From assembly GCA_028534125.1 (NCBI GenBank), contig CM052817.1:69132001-69196000 (forward strand): DNA of 64,000 nt. Direction: 5' to 3'. Within the stretch, counting starts at the first letter, position 1. Each line of letters opens with the position of its first letter. This stretch comes from Lama glama. Lineage: Eukaryota. This document shows positions 1-13,774 of this stretch, piece by piece. Below the pieces are notes generated by a model that saw nothing but the letters and a program-made list of their open reading frames with translations, was not told where the DNA came from and made no database searches. Both the position numbers and the translations under genes were made by a program.

Positions 1-425
1 TAGAATTACTTCCCTGCTCCTTGAATCTTGACTAGCCTTGTGACTTGCTTGGCCAACAGAATGTGGCAGAGGTGACTGTGCCAGTCCTGTGGTCAGCTTA
101 CAAAGTTTGCACGCTCCTGCTGTCTCTTGAAACCCTGCCTCCACCACATGAATAAGCCCAGGCAGGCCTGCTGGAGAATGAGGCAACATACAGAGGAGAT
201 GCCAGCCATCCCAGCTGAGACCATCCAAGGCGGACCTACAGTGAGCTAGTCTTCCAAAGTATGGGAGGCCAAGGTCAGCAGAGCTCCCTGTAGCCAACCA
301 CAGATACATGGGTAGGCTCAGTTTGAGACCAGACAAAGAAAACATCCAGACTACCTGGAGACTCGTGAGGGATAATTAATGCTTGGGGTTTTAAGTCCTT
401 TAGTTTGGGGATGATGCAGCCGTCA
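1..425 (+). mobile_element. ERVL-MaLR LTR (MLT1-type), partial
   Basis: MLT1-like motifs 'ccttgaatct...ttgtgacttgcttggccaacagaatgtggcagaggtgac' and 3' 'ttttaagtcctttagtttgggg'. Confidence 0.75.
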
Positions 426-469
426 GCTGGTTTTCCTGATTCCAACTTTGCTTCCCTTGTTCTGGCCAT

Positions 470-1062
470 CAGAATAATCTCATCCAAATCTAAGTTAGGT
501 CATGACACTCTTCTCAAAACACAGCAACGGTCTAGATTTCATTCAAAGTAAAGAGCAGGGGTCCCAAAAGAAGCCCGAAAGGCACTAAATGGTCTGCCCA
601 CTGGCTGCCGCTTTGCTTCCGTTTGTGACTCTTCCACAGTTACCTTGGACTCCCTGTGGTTCTCACACTCTCTAGGCTTATCCTACCCTAGGGCATTTGC
701 ACTTGCTGTTTCCTCTGTCCAGAGTGTTCTTTCTCCGGCTGTCCACATGAATTACTCCTTCATCTCCTTTAGATCTGGAGTCAAATATTGCTTTCTCAGG
801 GAGAAGTTTCCCTGACTAACTGCTTCCAGTAGCAGCCCTCCCTGTCTCCCTTCCATGGTTTATTTTTCTCCCTGTCACTTACCATCTATCTAGCATTAGT
901 TGGTGTGATTTTAAAACTATTTTATGTATTTGCTTGTTGTAAGCTATATGATGTCAGAGAGTGTTGTCTGTATAGTTCAGTTTTCTATCCCTAATCCTCA
1001 AATAATTCTTGGCTTCCAGTAACTTTTAAGTTAAACAAAAAAACTGGTAAGCGAATGAATAC
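470..1062 (+). mobile_element. L2 LINE 3' fragment, degenerate
   Basis: 'agggcatttgcacttgctgtttcctctgtccagagtgttctt' and terminal 'gaatgaat'. Confidence 0.65.
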
Positions 1063-1445
1063 ATTGAGCACTTTAATAGCTACGTCTAGATTTTTCAGTT
1101 GTGTGAGTCAATAAGTACCCTATTTGAAATTCTTTTGCTTTAATTTGAGTTTCTGCCACTGACTTCTAAACAAACCCTGACCAAATCAAGTAGATGGAAT
1201 CTAAAGCCAAACAGTAGGACAGGATATCCCTGGGAGAGTCTGAAGAATATGAAAGAGAGGGGATCCAGGTCCCTGAAAAATACCCAGTTTTCCAGGCAGA
1301 AGGATATCAGAGTAGGAGCCTAGATAGGAGATCACAATATTTCAAGACAGAAGGCATGGAAAACAGTGTCAGATTTTACCAAGAGGGCAAATACAATACA
1401 AGTTGGAAGACCCGACTGAGTTTTTATCTTTTATTTTCTTGCTTT

Positions 1446-1465
1446 GTGTGTGTGTGTGTGTGTGT
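1446..1465. repeat. (TG)n microsatellite
   Basis: Directly visible. Confidence 0.95.
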
Positions 1466-4400
1466 TCCCTTTGTGAATACTGTCTAAGGGCTCCTTTGCC
1501 TCTCTATTATGGAATTAACTTCATAATACATTTTCTGATTGCTCACATTCTTTTCACATTGGGACTGACACCCCCCGACCCCCCCCCCGCAAGGAACTTC
1601 TGAGCTTTGCGTCATTTTCGTGTAGATAATCCATTTGGTACAATTTGAGAGACTAGAATCACTTCACCATAACCTAGCTTGCATTTTTTTCATGTATTTT
1701 TGGACCTTGATGCACGAACAAGAATCATTCACCCCAACCACTTACAATGACTATGGGAAGCGTTTCTTGCTTTAGTAATTTTAGAAACCATAGGGACTAT
1801 GTAAGGACTATATAGAGGAGTACCACGAATGAAAAGAAAGAGGACAACAGTGCAAAAATCACTTTATAATGGAAAGTGTGAGCTTTTAAAGATGAGCAGC
1901 TGGAATTTCCATATCAGGCAATCAGAGCGAAACCCCTGTGTATTAATGCACTAATAAGCTTTCTAAAGGATTTTTCAAGCATTTTACAGTAAGGTTGTGC
2001 ATGTTCCCTCCCTCTGTCTGGGAGCCTTCAGGTGCATAGTACCTAATAAAGATGACCAGGGCTCCCTCTTCCCCATGCCCAAGGGAATAGTTCTGCTGAA
2101 TAAAATTTCTCAGCTTATTCATCATTTCTCCTTGAGGACTCAGATATGAAGGCTGCACGTGAAATTAGTCTATCTTTCCAAGTGATAAATTTTATGTTCC
2201 TTTATGTTCCCCAAAGATAGTGTTAGGTTTTGGGAAGGACTCCTTTAAAAAGCAAGTCCACTGCAGTCACAGGTCAGACTGAGAATAGGGTCCAGGCCAC
2301 TGCTTCTCTAAAGATGACCATCAGACTTCCCTCCACTCATTCAGAGATGAAGTCTGTCAGTAGGAAGAAAAAACTGTCCCCATGGCCCATTTCCACCCTG
2401 AGTCTTTTTTGACAGAACAAAGATTGCCAGTTGGACCAAAGTTGAGGTCCTTTAGTTATGTGCTGGGAACTCGAGTTCTCTGGGAATAGTGCCAAGACCA
2501 CCAGACTCATTGAACTCGCAACTTTTTACCATCACATCATCAGAATGAATTCCAGTCCCTCTGGTCAGTATTGGATTCCGACCAATGTGAGGCAGGTGAA
2601 AGGTTACTAACTTAAAAATTTGTGTTTTTTGGATTTTTTTGTCTCCCTCTGACCCCTTCCCATTGTCCTGATAATTAACTTGTGTTTATCACTTCTTCTT
2701 ACAAGTTTGTATGTCACTGTGTACTGGACTAATTTAGGCTTCTGTTTGACAAATGTCTGCTTATTTCTGTATAATTATTTCAGTTAAGGAAATAAAGCCT
2801 TATTTAGGAGGAGTTAATTTATAGGGAAACTTTACAAATAAGAATAAAAAGTTACCTTAAAATCTAACCCACTTGCTCCATTTTTATAAGGAAGAATTTC
2901 TGACTCCTACCTTGGACTCTGACTTTCTGAAAAATTAAAACTTGAATGAACACATTGGCTTCATTGCCTTGACCAAGCAGAGTTATGCCAATGGAGAATA
3001 GTTATGCAGGATGGGAAAGTAAAATCAAGTTGAAGGACACATTTAATTCAGTGTAAGACACCTGTGCCTGAATGAGTAATGATAAATTTCAAAATATTTT
3101 TGCAGCAGATGTTATCAAGTTATTCTCCAGTATTACATCAATTACCCATTCTCTCTAGAAATGCATTTTTTTCCAAAAAAAAAAAATAAGCATGGGAAAT
3201 GGTCATCCTTCATAGGCACAGGTTTTGACAAGAATTTTCATTACATAGTCAACAAATATTTGTTGAGAACCTGTTTTGAGCTGGAAATACAGATGGAAAA
3301 CAAATTATGTTTTTATTTTAACTGAGTGTTTTTCCCCTGGTGATGCTGAGCTAGACCCTGCTGGTGGATGGAAGGGCGGAGAGAAGACATAGTGGGGGAT
3401 GCACTGAAGCTTTCAGGTTCCAGGTCTGAATAAGTTCAAAGTATTTAAGTTTACCAGTACCACCTAAAGCAGCTGCCCAAAATACCTGTCAACTCACAGC
3501 AACAAAATGTATTAATTCCTCAGAAGAAAAGGTGAATGTAATTTTGCCTGATGTTCATAGAGGTTCACAATGGGTTTTTTGGCTTGTTTTGGTTTTGTTT
3601 TGATTTGTTTCATAGGTCAAGGAATGTGTTTGGGATTTTCCAGACAGAGTGGTACTTCTCCAGTCTTTAATTCTGTTTTAAAATAAGAAAACTGCCTTTT
3701 ATATTACTGTCAAACACGAAGCAGAATCGTCTTTGTGCTGATAGAAATAGTCACTCAGCAAAGGTCACACCTGCTTAAGAACCACTGTGAAGGTGTCTGA
3801 AACAGTGCTCACTCGGGGCTGAGGACACTCTGACCACCCTCCCCTTAGCCAGATCATCAGCCTGTTCCCAGAGTGGGCTTTCTTCCCCCCGGAAACAGGC
3901 CTAGTATTTTCTAGCTGGAACACTTCACAGAGAGCTGGCGCTTCTGGCTTCTATTCCCAGCTGCACCATCAGATCCTGGACTGACCTTCTGTAAGCGAAC
4001 TTCTCTGCAGTGATGTGGAGATGGTTACCCTTGTGCAGGGAAGCGTTAGGGTGCATGGTTAATGTTTGCTGTGAGCAACTTGCCTGAAAGGTTGCATGCT
4101 CTTTGAGAGAGGGAGGTTAGTGCATGATGTCATTGCTTCCAAAATATGCTCAGATGTTTTAAAAAAAGAAGGGATGATAAAGAAAGCAATACTGTTTTCT
4201 TGGAGGGTGTTGTCAGGGATTGAAGAAGGGGTGCACAGATAAGTAGGTGGCGGGTTGTTTTCCTACCATAAAGCACAACTTTTGCATCCTGTCACTCTAA
4301 CGAGTGGAATTTAAGGGATATTTCCAGAAAGGTGTGATGTACACTGGAAGTGTTTGATGAAGGAACATGGGGAAGTGATTGGGGACGTGGAAGTATGGAC

Positions 4401-5679
4401 TTGATTTGAACCCTTGGATGAAAATCCTCTCTTCTGGGTTGTTTCCATGACTTGTAATATTACAGTGATGACATTTGCATTCTCCAGCTCAGGATTAGCT
4501 AGAGAGGAAGTCAGGGCTCAGTTCAATTGCTTTAGTGAGCCCATAAACCATGACCTCTCCTGGAAGATAATTCTAATTAAAGGATAGTAAACCCTGAATC
4601 AATTTGCCTCTCAACATGGGCAACAGAATTACACACAGTTGTGACATTTGCCTGAACATGAAGAGGAAACTTTTCTTCATCGTTGTCCACATCCTGGTTT
4701 CGAGTTGAAAGAAGTCATAATTTTCACATGGTGATGTCAGATCCATTCCCACAACAGAGATTAGACAATACCACAAACACGGATTTATGGTTTCATGGGA
4801 GAAATCTCCTGTTTTCAAACATTTATCTTTAACAATAGGCTACTGGCAGGGAAGGAAGGCCACCAGTTGGACATGAAAGGTATGGTAATTTGTTGTCAGT
4901 GATGAACAGACAGACGCTGGTTGCTGCTTTTGTCCCCGCTGCCACTCGTGACCTCCACTTCTTGGGCATGTTGGACATTAGCCATCACAGATTGAGTGCA
5001 CATAAGGCCAGTGGCGTCATAGCTCATTTGTGTAAGAGAATTATCAAGTGTTCTTCACAGGTAATAAGGTAAAATACCTTATTCCTATCAAGGTAATCTC
5101 TATATTCAGAACTAAAGGAATCTTTTTAGAAAATACTCAATAGTTGAAGTAACTGAAACAAAGCATTGCTTCACTTTCCTCCTCTGTAAAAAGATGAGAC
5201 TTGACTAAAACACTGAAACTTCTAGTTTTAAAATCATTCCATTTTACAATTTTTTAACTTACTAAAAGTTATAGGTTTTCAAATAGTATCATGACACTGA
5301 ACTTAGTAATTTCAGAATAAATTACTTAAAAAACTACCCCCAACTTAGCATTTTATGGAGATTTAGTGCTTATTTTGTTTGTTTATTTCTTTCAGTGCTA
5401 TCTTGTTCCAAAAAAGGACTTAAGGGGATTTGTAAATGTGCATGCAGTATAGTGAGATGAAATAAATACATGATAGAAGTAAGGCAAAGAAAAACTAAGG
5501 AGTGGAATTAGAGAGAGCATGGTGTTAACACATTTATAAAGTTCACTTCATTTCCTGGAGATGAGTCTCACATTTAGACCTCAGCTTTCCAAAAGCCCAA
5601 ATGAAATGGGAAAACAGTACCGATGATAGATTTTAGTTTCTTTAGAGCAGCATGTCATCTGAGTACACTTAAGCGTCCC

Positions 5680-5975
5680 TTAGACCCTTCAGGGGGCTGC
5701 AGAGTGAAACTATTTTCATAATAAAACAAAAACTGTATTTGCCTTTTGGATCTCATTCTCTTCTTGATCGCACAGTGGAGTTTTCCAATGGCCACATGAC
5801 CATCATTCTGATGGTGCCGTTACTCCGAAGGCTAATGGAAGGTGTGCTTGTATATGCATGCATTTAAAGAGTTTTTGCTTCAATTCCTAATACGGTAAAT
5901 ATTCACAGATACATTCCACATAAACAAAAGCACTTTGGAGGTCCTCAAACGTTTTTAAAGTATAAAATAGTCCAG
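5680..5975. mobile_element. hAT-Charlie DNA transposon fragment (Charlie1-like)
   Basis: 'aaactattttcataata...tatttgccttt...cacagtggagttttcca...acatgac' and 'acataaacaaaagcactttggaggtcctc'. Confidence 0.6.
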
Positions 5976-6949
5976 AGAATGGCTACTGTTAAATATGAAC
6001 AATTTTGTTTTCACTTCCCTATATTAAAACCTAAAAATTATCTTTCATAGAAGTTTAATATTCTGTGAAAGATAATTTCAGTTATTCTGTCTCATCATGG
6101 GCAAATGAATAGTTTTCAGGTTATTTGTGATATACTGTAATCGTCAGGAGAGTAATAGATCTTATTGGTCTCTTGTTTTGAGAGGATAGGTCAAAGCTCC
6201 CTTGAGAAACTGTTGAAAGCCATGAACCCTCCCAACTAAACACAACAGATGCACAAAATTTTGCGAAGAATTTTATAAGGTTTTTGAACACCCTGAAGTC
6301 TGTCTGTTAACACCATAGAGTTCTAACAACTCCTGTGCGAGGACACAGAAAGAAACCCAGAAATCCTGGTTTCTTGTAACTGATATCTTAAAATTGCTTT
6401 AAAGTACAGTTTTAAGGTAAATTTGGACAAGAAGATAAAGAGAAGCTTAATGAATATTGTGTGCATTTCTTTTCTCTCTTAATTCCTTTTTCTCCCCACA
6501 GAATAAATTAAGGTGAAGTATTTCTGGTTATACTGTAACTCATTCTTCACCAGAAAGGCATGTTGTTTCTGCTCAGATGGGGTGAATGGAAGCTTTTGTG
6601 AGCTCAGCTTTCCTTCCTTAGATCCTAAAAAGAATAACCTCAATTACACAACATAAATCCATTTCCTTGGGATATTCTGATGATTTCAAAAATAGAAATG
6701 CTCAAATCTCATAGATTTTAAAAACTTGGCTACATGCAGCTAGGTGAGCTGATGTAGGATGGCAGAGACTCGTGAGGACTGTTTAGTTCCAACAACAGCT
6801 TCTGAATTTGCGAAGATGTATTTATTGAGTGCCTCCCATATAACAGACCTGGGCACCGTAGGGACTGTGTGAGGACGGTATGACATTTGGCCAAGTCTCA
6901 ACTAATGTATAAGACATACTTCCTATATGAATGGACATTTTATATGTGG

Positions 6950-7190
6950 GAGATAGTGTAACATGATCAAGCAGAATGGTTAGAAAGAATGTTTCTAAAT
7001 TCAGAAATCTTAGTGTGTGATAGCATTTACTGGCTGTATGGCTTGAGCAGATATTTTAATCTGATCTATTGAATTGGCATAAAGACCATACCTGATGCAT
7101 AGGGTCATTGTGAGAATTAAATTTATTAATGCATATAAAGTACAGAGGAGTGTGAGTCATGTAACAAGTGCTCAGTAAATGTTATTACAG
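6950..7190 (+). mobile_element. MIR SINE
   Basis: 'tacctgatgcatagggtcattgtgagaattaaat...aagtgctcagtaaatgttatta'. Confidence 0.7.
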
Positions 7191-9030
7191 AAAGTGCTGC
7201 AGGATGTGATGCAATGAAAAATGCAATATGAATTTGGAGAAGGAAAGGATCACCAGGGGTCAGAGGGGTCTAAACAAGAGTTCATGGAGGAGGTAAGACT
7301 TCAGCTGTGGGTCTCCTAAGCAGAGCGGGGAGTTATAAAGTTCTTGGTGCACCATAAATTTAAAATCTAATGGAGGAGAGAGGATCAGCCCCAATACGTA
7401 TAAGCATAAGTGTCAGAAACATGGAAAGAATGCTCAGGTCTCTAGAGACATCCCTAGAAGTGCTAAAACACAGGCAAGTGAAAAGGATAAAGAGTGGGTG
7501 TGAGTTATTACAATGATTGGAATAGAGTTAAGTATATTGCAACTACTTACGGGACCAGATTGTTCCATTCATCCCTCCCAAATTAAATTTCACTTTTCTC
7601 GTAGGAATCTTTTGTGGTTAATGGTTCCAAAGGGAGGATTTGTCTTTTATTGTATTTATTTCTGAGGAAACACACCTTATTCACACAGAAAATACATACA
7701 CACGTACACCCACAGCCCAAAAATGAAGCACCGAAGCTATGTGCCTTTTAAGACATTTATGACTTTTGTCTCTTCATTGAACAAATTAAAAAAAAAAGAT
7801 TATGGAAGGAAATTTGGAAAAGGCTCACATACATGTGCATGTTAATGAAAAAAGATATCTCTATAGAAGAATTTCAAAAATACTTTGAAGTAATAGCTTT
7901 GCCGATTTTTTAAATAATGGTCATAATATATCCTGGCTTTATTAGTACTCTTGTCCTGATCAAGAAGCCCCGTTACTCTAATTAAAATAACACCATCTGG
8001 TTTTAATACCTCACAGCAACTCTCCTACCCCTTAATCCTAGGGCTGAAGCAACATTCACAGTCTGGATCATGCGGAGGCCACGCGGTATTAGCTTACTTG
8101 CTCTGCAGTTTATGGATTTGGCGCTGGAGAAGCCTGAGAGATAGTGGTGCTGGAGACTGGGAAAAAAATAGAGGATCCAGAAGAAAGAACAAGATACTAG
8201 AGTTGTGTGCACGCATGTGAGATCCTCCTCTCAGAATGGAGACCTGCAGCTTCCAGAGAGAAGACCTTTTTGAAAGGAGAGCTTTGTTGGACCTCTGTGA
8301 ATTAAGGAAGCAAGCCATGTGAAGTTCAGGTCAGGTGTGTGTCTGGAAACTATACTAGGCAAAAGGACTGAAGGAAGGATGAGTTTGGTGAGAACAACCT
8401 TGGTAAGTTCAAGAAACAGAAAAAAAAAAAAAGCTTGAGTGGAGTGGGAGCAGGGGAGAGAGATGGGAGATGGGGTCAAGAGGCTGGGCAGAGGCCACAT
8501 CACATGGGAGTTAGAGGCAATTCTGAGGGTAGTGGGAGACTGGAGTTATCTGTACCAGAGCAATGTGTGATATTTCATTTTTTTCTTAGTGAACAATAAG
8601 AAAAAAATCCCAAGCTCAATTAAAAAACAAAAATAGCAACTGATACTCAGATCCGGGGGTGGCGGGAATTGGAAAGAATAAGAGCACTCCCGCTCCCTTA
8701 GTCAGCAGCTGATGGGCAGAAATGCAGGCCCAGTGTCCCCTGCAGTTCAGGGTGCTGTGTTTTGTTTTTCAAGAGAATGGAGATCTGGATTTTTATGTAA
8801 GAACTTTCCATTTTCTGAATGCTAGCAAATAATACAAATTTTCCAAAAATCAGTATCCAAGCCATTACCCTAAATTCAAATGGTTAATAGACAACACTAA
8901 ACATACTTGGAAGCTAGATGAAGCCCTGGCCTTGATAATTTACCATCTTTATGATGTTATATCTTGACTTTCATAGACTGAAGGAGAACAGTGAAAAGGA
9001 AAAGCAGATTAACAGTTGGACCTAGGGCAG

Positions 9031-9520
9031 GTATCAGTCAGGGTCCTGGCAGGAAGCAGATGGCAGGCAGAGACAGGTCACTGAGAAGAGATGGATGAAG
9101 TACTATTTGCAATGGTGTAGGCAGTGTCAGGAAGAAGCGACGAGGAGTACTGATATGCTCAGGGCTAGGATCAGCAAGAGTTAGCATCGCCACTCCTGGA
9201 GGAGTCATTGCTCAACCCTGGAGAGCAGTTGGAGGAAGGGTGCTCATCCCTGTCTGTGGCCTTTGGTGGAGGAATACCGCCACCACCAGACACTGCCACA
9301 CCCACCAGACACTGCCACACCCACCAGACACTGCCACATCATGTCAAGAGCCAAGAAGAGATTTATTCTGAGCCTTTTGTTCTCATTCCCAGATCTTCCT
9401 CAGTTGTCTCCCTGTGGCCAAACCCAACAAGCAGCTCGAGATATAAGGAGCGCACTGACCACAGTTGATATTGTTCAGTTTCCTGGGACATAGGAGGGCA
9501 AAGGAAGACCATCCAGCACA
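9031..9520 (-). mobile_element. ERVL-class solo LTR (LTR33/LTR16-like)
   Basis: Minus strand runs 'tgtgctggat...' to '...gccatctgcttcctgccaggaccctgactgatac'. Possible 5-bp TSD ggcag/gccag. Confidence 0.6.
9283..9338. repeat. 19-bp tandem repeat x3 (ccaccagacactgccacac)
   Basis: Copies start at 9283, 9302 and 9321; the third lacks the last base. Confidence 0.95.
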
Positions 9521-10673
9521 GCCAGGTACTTTTTTTTTAAAGTTGTTTCAAATACTTTACAACCTTTAGTAATTATATAAATCCAATAAGCAATTAAAAT
9601 CTTTCCAACTTAGGATATGGAAACCAGTTACAAACTAAAAGTTGTGGCTTATTTTTAACTAGCAAATTGTGGTCATTATATAGAGTCATTAAACAAAATC
9701 TGAACTCGCAGTCAGCCTCATTTTCCTCTTTAAGGAGCCAACCATAGTGAATGAATGAAAAAAATGAATGGATAGATGGCATCTGGAAAGCACTGTTTGT
9801 AATATAAGAAATCATCATTCCCCCAGAAGTGGACCCATTCTCTAGGCCACTTCGGCAAAGCAACAAGACATATAGCACTATTTTAAAAGATTACATAAAA
9901 GAACTTGACTTACAAGTAAAGCACACTGGTCATAATTTGGACGAATCTCCACCTTCACTTCCTCTGGCCCCCAGCTCAGTGACATTGGGAAGTTATTTTT
10001 TTCAGTTTGTATTTCCATTTCCCTGACAGGATGATTGAACATTTTTTTAAATGTACACAAAGAGTGTTCTACACTTTTGCATCATGTTTAGTAATTCTGT
10101 GTGCTATCTAAATAGAGAGAATGTTTTGGTAAGCAGTATAGATGAGAGTACAAGTTCAGTGGAATCTTACACTGATTTTTTACAAATTGACAAGATGTTC
10201 AAAGAAATGATGGTTAATTTTCTGATTTGAATTCTGTTTCACAGCAGAATGTGAGATGGGCTGGGATGGCGATTCAATGGCAGTTTTAGCTTGTTAGTCA
10301 CACCAAAGCTGATTCCAGCCATATACTCTCCAGGTCCTGCTTTGAAAACTCCCATTCCTGCTTTCCATTCTTGTTGGGAAATTTTGAGCTTTGATTTTGG
10401 TTGTCCTTTCAGTTGTCCACTTATCAAATGATAGAGTGTTTATTTGTAAGCTTTATAAACTGTTACATACCTATAAGCTGTTCTTGCTACCGTTGTCCAC
10501 AATACTAACTAGGCAATTTGTCCCCTGAAAAGAAAGCAGCGGCTGGGAACATGTGCTGGGAGAGAATGCTGGATTCTCCGGTTAGCCCTGACCCCAGCGC
10601 TGACTACTGCGCTTTCAGGGGTAAAATAAGGCGATGTAGGAAAGGAAGGTAGACAGTGTTAGGAACATAAGTA

Positions 10674-10882
10674 CATCCAGCTTCCAAGTGTGTTTAGTGT
10701 TGTCTATTAACCACTTGTTGATAGTGTGCTGGCTTGGATACTGATTTTAGGAAAATTTGTATTATTTGCTAGCATTTAGAAAATGGAACGTTCTTACATA
10801 AAAATCTGGATTTCCAGATTCTCTTTGTAACTGCTTTCCATATCCTAAGTTGGAAAGATTTTAATTGCTCATTGGATTTATA
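10674..10882 (-). repeat. Inverted local duplication built from 8771-8920 and 9576-9634
   Basis: Reverse complement aligns by eye to both donors; see findings. Confidence 0.9.
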
Positions 10883-11908
10883 AAATAAGGCAACTGCTTT
10901 AGGAAGTACTCAGCAAATCCTGGAGTGAAGAAGTGGGTATGAAAACCAGTCTTTAGCTCAGCTCTGATACTGCTGGGCTCTGTGACAGCAGGCAAGCTAC
11001 AGAATCCCCAGTAATCCTAAAAGGGGTTGCTATTTCCAAATGGAGACAGCACAGGCTAAGTGATAAGGGTTCACAGTCTGGCCTCAGAGTCACGGTTTCA
11101 AATCCTGGCTCCACTCCTCTTCGCTGTAGAGTAGTTGCTGGAAAGAATGACAAGAGATGCTGGAGGGGCATCACTAAGTCAGCACCCGGTCTGTGGTCAA
11201 CATTCAAAAGAGACAGGAGTTACAAGCATGTTGTGATGAACAAAGTATAGAAATACACTTGATGGCTTTTCTGAGGCAAAGTAAAAAGTGCTATATAAAT
11301 AGTAATGATTATCATCACTGTTGTGTATGTATCCCAAGGGAGAGCCCTTATGAACATTCTTCTTTGCCAGTAGACGATGAGCTAAGAGCTGGATTCTTGG
11401 TCAGATGACCTGAAGAATCAGAAAGGAATGTTGGACTAGCACAGTGTTCCTTTTGGATAGTCGCTAAGTCATTGGTTTTCCTGTGAAGCCCCCACCCGTA
11501 ACAGCCAGTTTTGACCTGATCCATCCTTCTCTCTAAGTACTCCCTTTGATTTGTTTCAAGGCTACCAGAACAAAAGATTTTCCAAGGGTCACATGTCCCC
11601 TGCTCCCTGAACATTTGCTTGAATTGCCTCTGCCCTTCTGTCTCTTCCAGAGGGCTGCTCTCTCCAGCCCCTCCCACTCTTCACACTGAGTAGGTTTTTT
11701 CTAAGGTTGCTTTTCCCTGTTAAAGAGCAGATACGCGTTCTCATCTGTAACCTTCAAACAGTGTTTTGAGTGACTCCATACTCATCTACGAAACAAATCC
11801 AAACTGTTCTCAAGGTGCTTTTACTGCTTTTATTTTAAAGGAAATTTGTGCAGCATCCCCACATTTCTCCACAGTTAACACTGATTTTTTTCCTTACCAT
11901 AAACTTTG

Positions 11909-12041
11909 TTTTTTTAATTGAAGTATAGTCAGTTACAATTCAATATCTTGTAATAACCTTTAATGAAAAAGAATATGAAAACAAATATATGTATATATAT
12001 GCATGACTGGGACATGGTACTGTGTACCAGAAACTGACACA
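11909..12041 (-). mobile_element. Very short 5'-inverted L1 3'-end insertion
   Basis: Poly(T) plus 'aattgaagtatagtcagttacaat' (L1 terminus, minus) joined to plus-oriented 'tcaatatcttgtaataacc...ctgacac'. Confidence 0.85.
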
Positions 12042-12972
12042 GCTAACGTTGATTTTTAACAGTCCCTCCCTGAAGCCCATGGTGTCTTGGGGCATCTACT
12101 CCCCATAGAGAACTCAAGGTCCCTTGAAGTGTAAAAGGGGGTTTTGCTGTGCATTTCTCTGAGGCCTCATAGAAAGCATTATCACTATATTTGGATCTTA
12201 GAAAGTTTTAAGACGTGGACTTAAATAGCTTGCATATTGCTGTGAAATTTCCATAGACATTGCCCAGTAATATGGCACACTACTGGGCACAGAATAAATA
12301 GCTGTTGGAACAGACAAAAACACAGCTGTCAAGAGCCACGGGCAAGGTGGGGAAAGTAACGGAAGATAAAATGATCTCAATTTCAAAGTCTGCCTGAAAA
12401 GCTTAAGTAGGACTTAGAATATTTGACATGCACTAGCTGATCTGATGTTCACCATCTGTTACTAGGCCCTGGAGGCTGACTGGCCATTAAACACAGAATG
12501 ATGACTGGTGCAGCAGGTGCAGTGAAGTGGGAAGGTGTGGAGCAAATAAAACAAGTCCATGGCATCTATAAGAAGTGTTGACCCCCAGGAAATTTAAAGG
12601 TTCATGCACTGTGGTATTCATGACGTATGTGTGAGAGGTATGATGGCAAGTGTATTTCTCATGAAAGTACTTCAATTACTTGCATATTGTTATTTCTTTA
12701 GAATTCCCAGGTCCTACACTATACAATTACTTAAGACTCAAAGAGAACTGTGACTTGCTTTGACAGATTGCCCTTTAATGCAATGCATTGGCCCAGTGTC
12801 AATGGGAGTGTTGCCTGAGCTACACCCTTTGCTAAAATAATTTTCTAAACCTACTGCTGTGAGTCAACTGTTCTCTTCCCGTAAGTTTTCCTTGACACCC
12901 TTTGACATCTGCATCAAATTGAAGCTTCTTATTAGCACCTTTTAGGATTTCCAGCATTCCTCTTGATGCATC

Positions 12973-13774
12973 TTTTTTTTATTGGAGTATAGTCAATTTA
13001 TAATGTGTTAATTTCTAGCGTACAATATAGTGATTCATTTATACGTATATATTTTCATATTTTTCCTTATAGACTATTACAAAGTATTGAATATAGTTCC
13101 CTGTGCTACACAGTAGGACCTTGTTGTTTATCTATTTTATATGTAGTAGTTAGTATCTGCAAATCCCAAACTCCCAATTTATCCCTCCCCATCCTCTTTT
13201 TCCCCGTTAACCTAAGTTTGTTTTCTGTGTCTGTGAGTCTGTTTCTGTTTTATAAATAAGTTTGTGTCCTTTTCTTTTTGAGAATTCACATATAAGTGAT
13301 ATCATATGGTATTTTTTTCTGTTTTACTTCACTTAGTATGGTAATCTCCATGTCCATCCATGTTGCTGCAAACGGCATGATTTTATTCTTTTTTATGGCT
13401 GAGTAGTATTCCATTGTATAAATATACCACAGCTCCTTTATCCAATCATCTGTCAGTGGACATTTAGGTTGTTTCCATGTCTTGGCTATTGTATACAGTG
13501 CTGCTATGAACATTAGGATGCATATAACTTTTTGAATTAGAGTTCTTTCCAGATATATGCCCAGGAATGAGATTGGTACATCATGTGGTAAGTCTATTTT
13601 CAGTCTTTTAAGGAATCTCCATACTGTTTTCCATAATGGCTGCACCAAAGTACATTCCAACCAATAGTGAAGGAGGGTTCCCTTTTCACCACACCCTCTC
13701 CAGCATTTACCATTTGTGGACTTTTTAACGATGGCCATTCTGACTGGTGTGAGGTGATCCCTCATTGTAGTTTT
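12973..13774 (-). mobile_element. 5'-truncated L1 (ORF2 C-terminus + 3'UTR)
   Basis: ORF 13286..13765(-) encodes the L1 ORF2 C-terminus ([13 protein letters not shown]...W...TWKQPKCP); poly(T) at the left end. Confidence 0.95.

Noticed and set aside
5064..5084. 9-bp-arm hairpin aataaggta-aaa-taccttatt
   Set aside because: Too short and AT-rich to be distinguished from chance; not a pre-miRNA.
9283..9338. CRISPR-like array
   Set aside because: Head-to-tail repeats with no spacers, in mammalian DNA.
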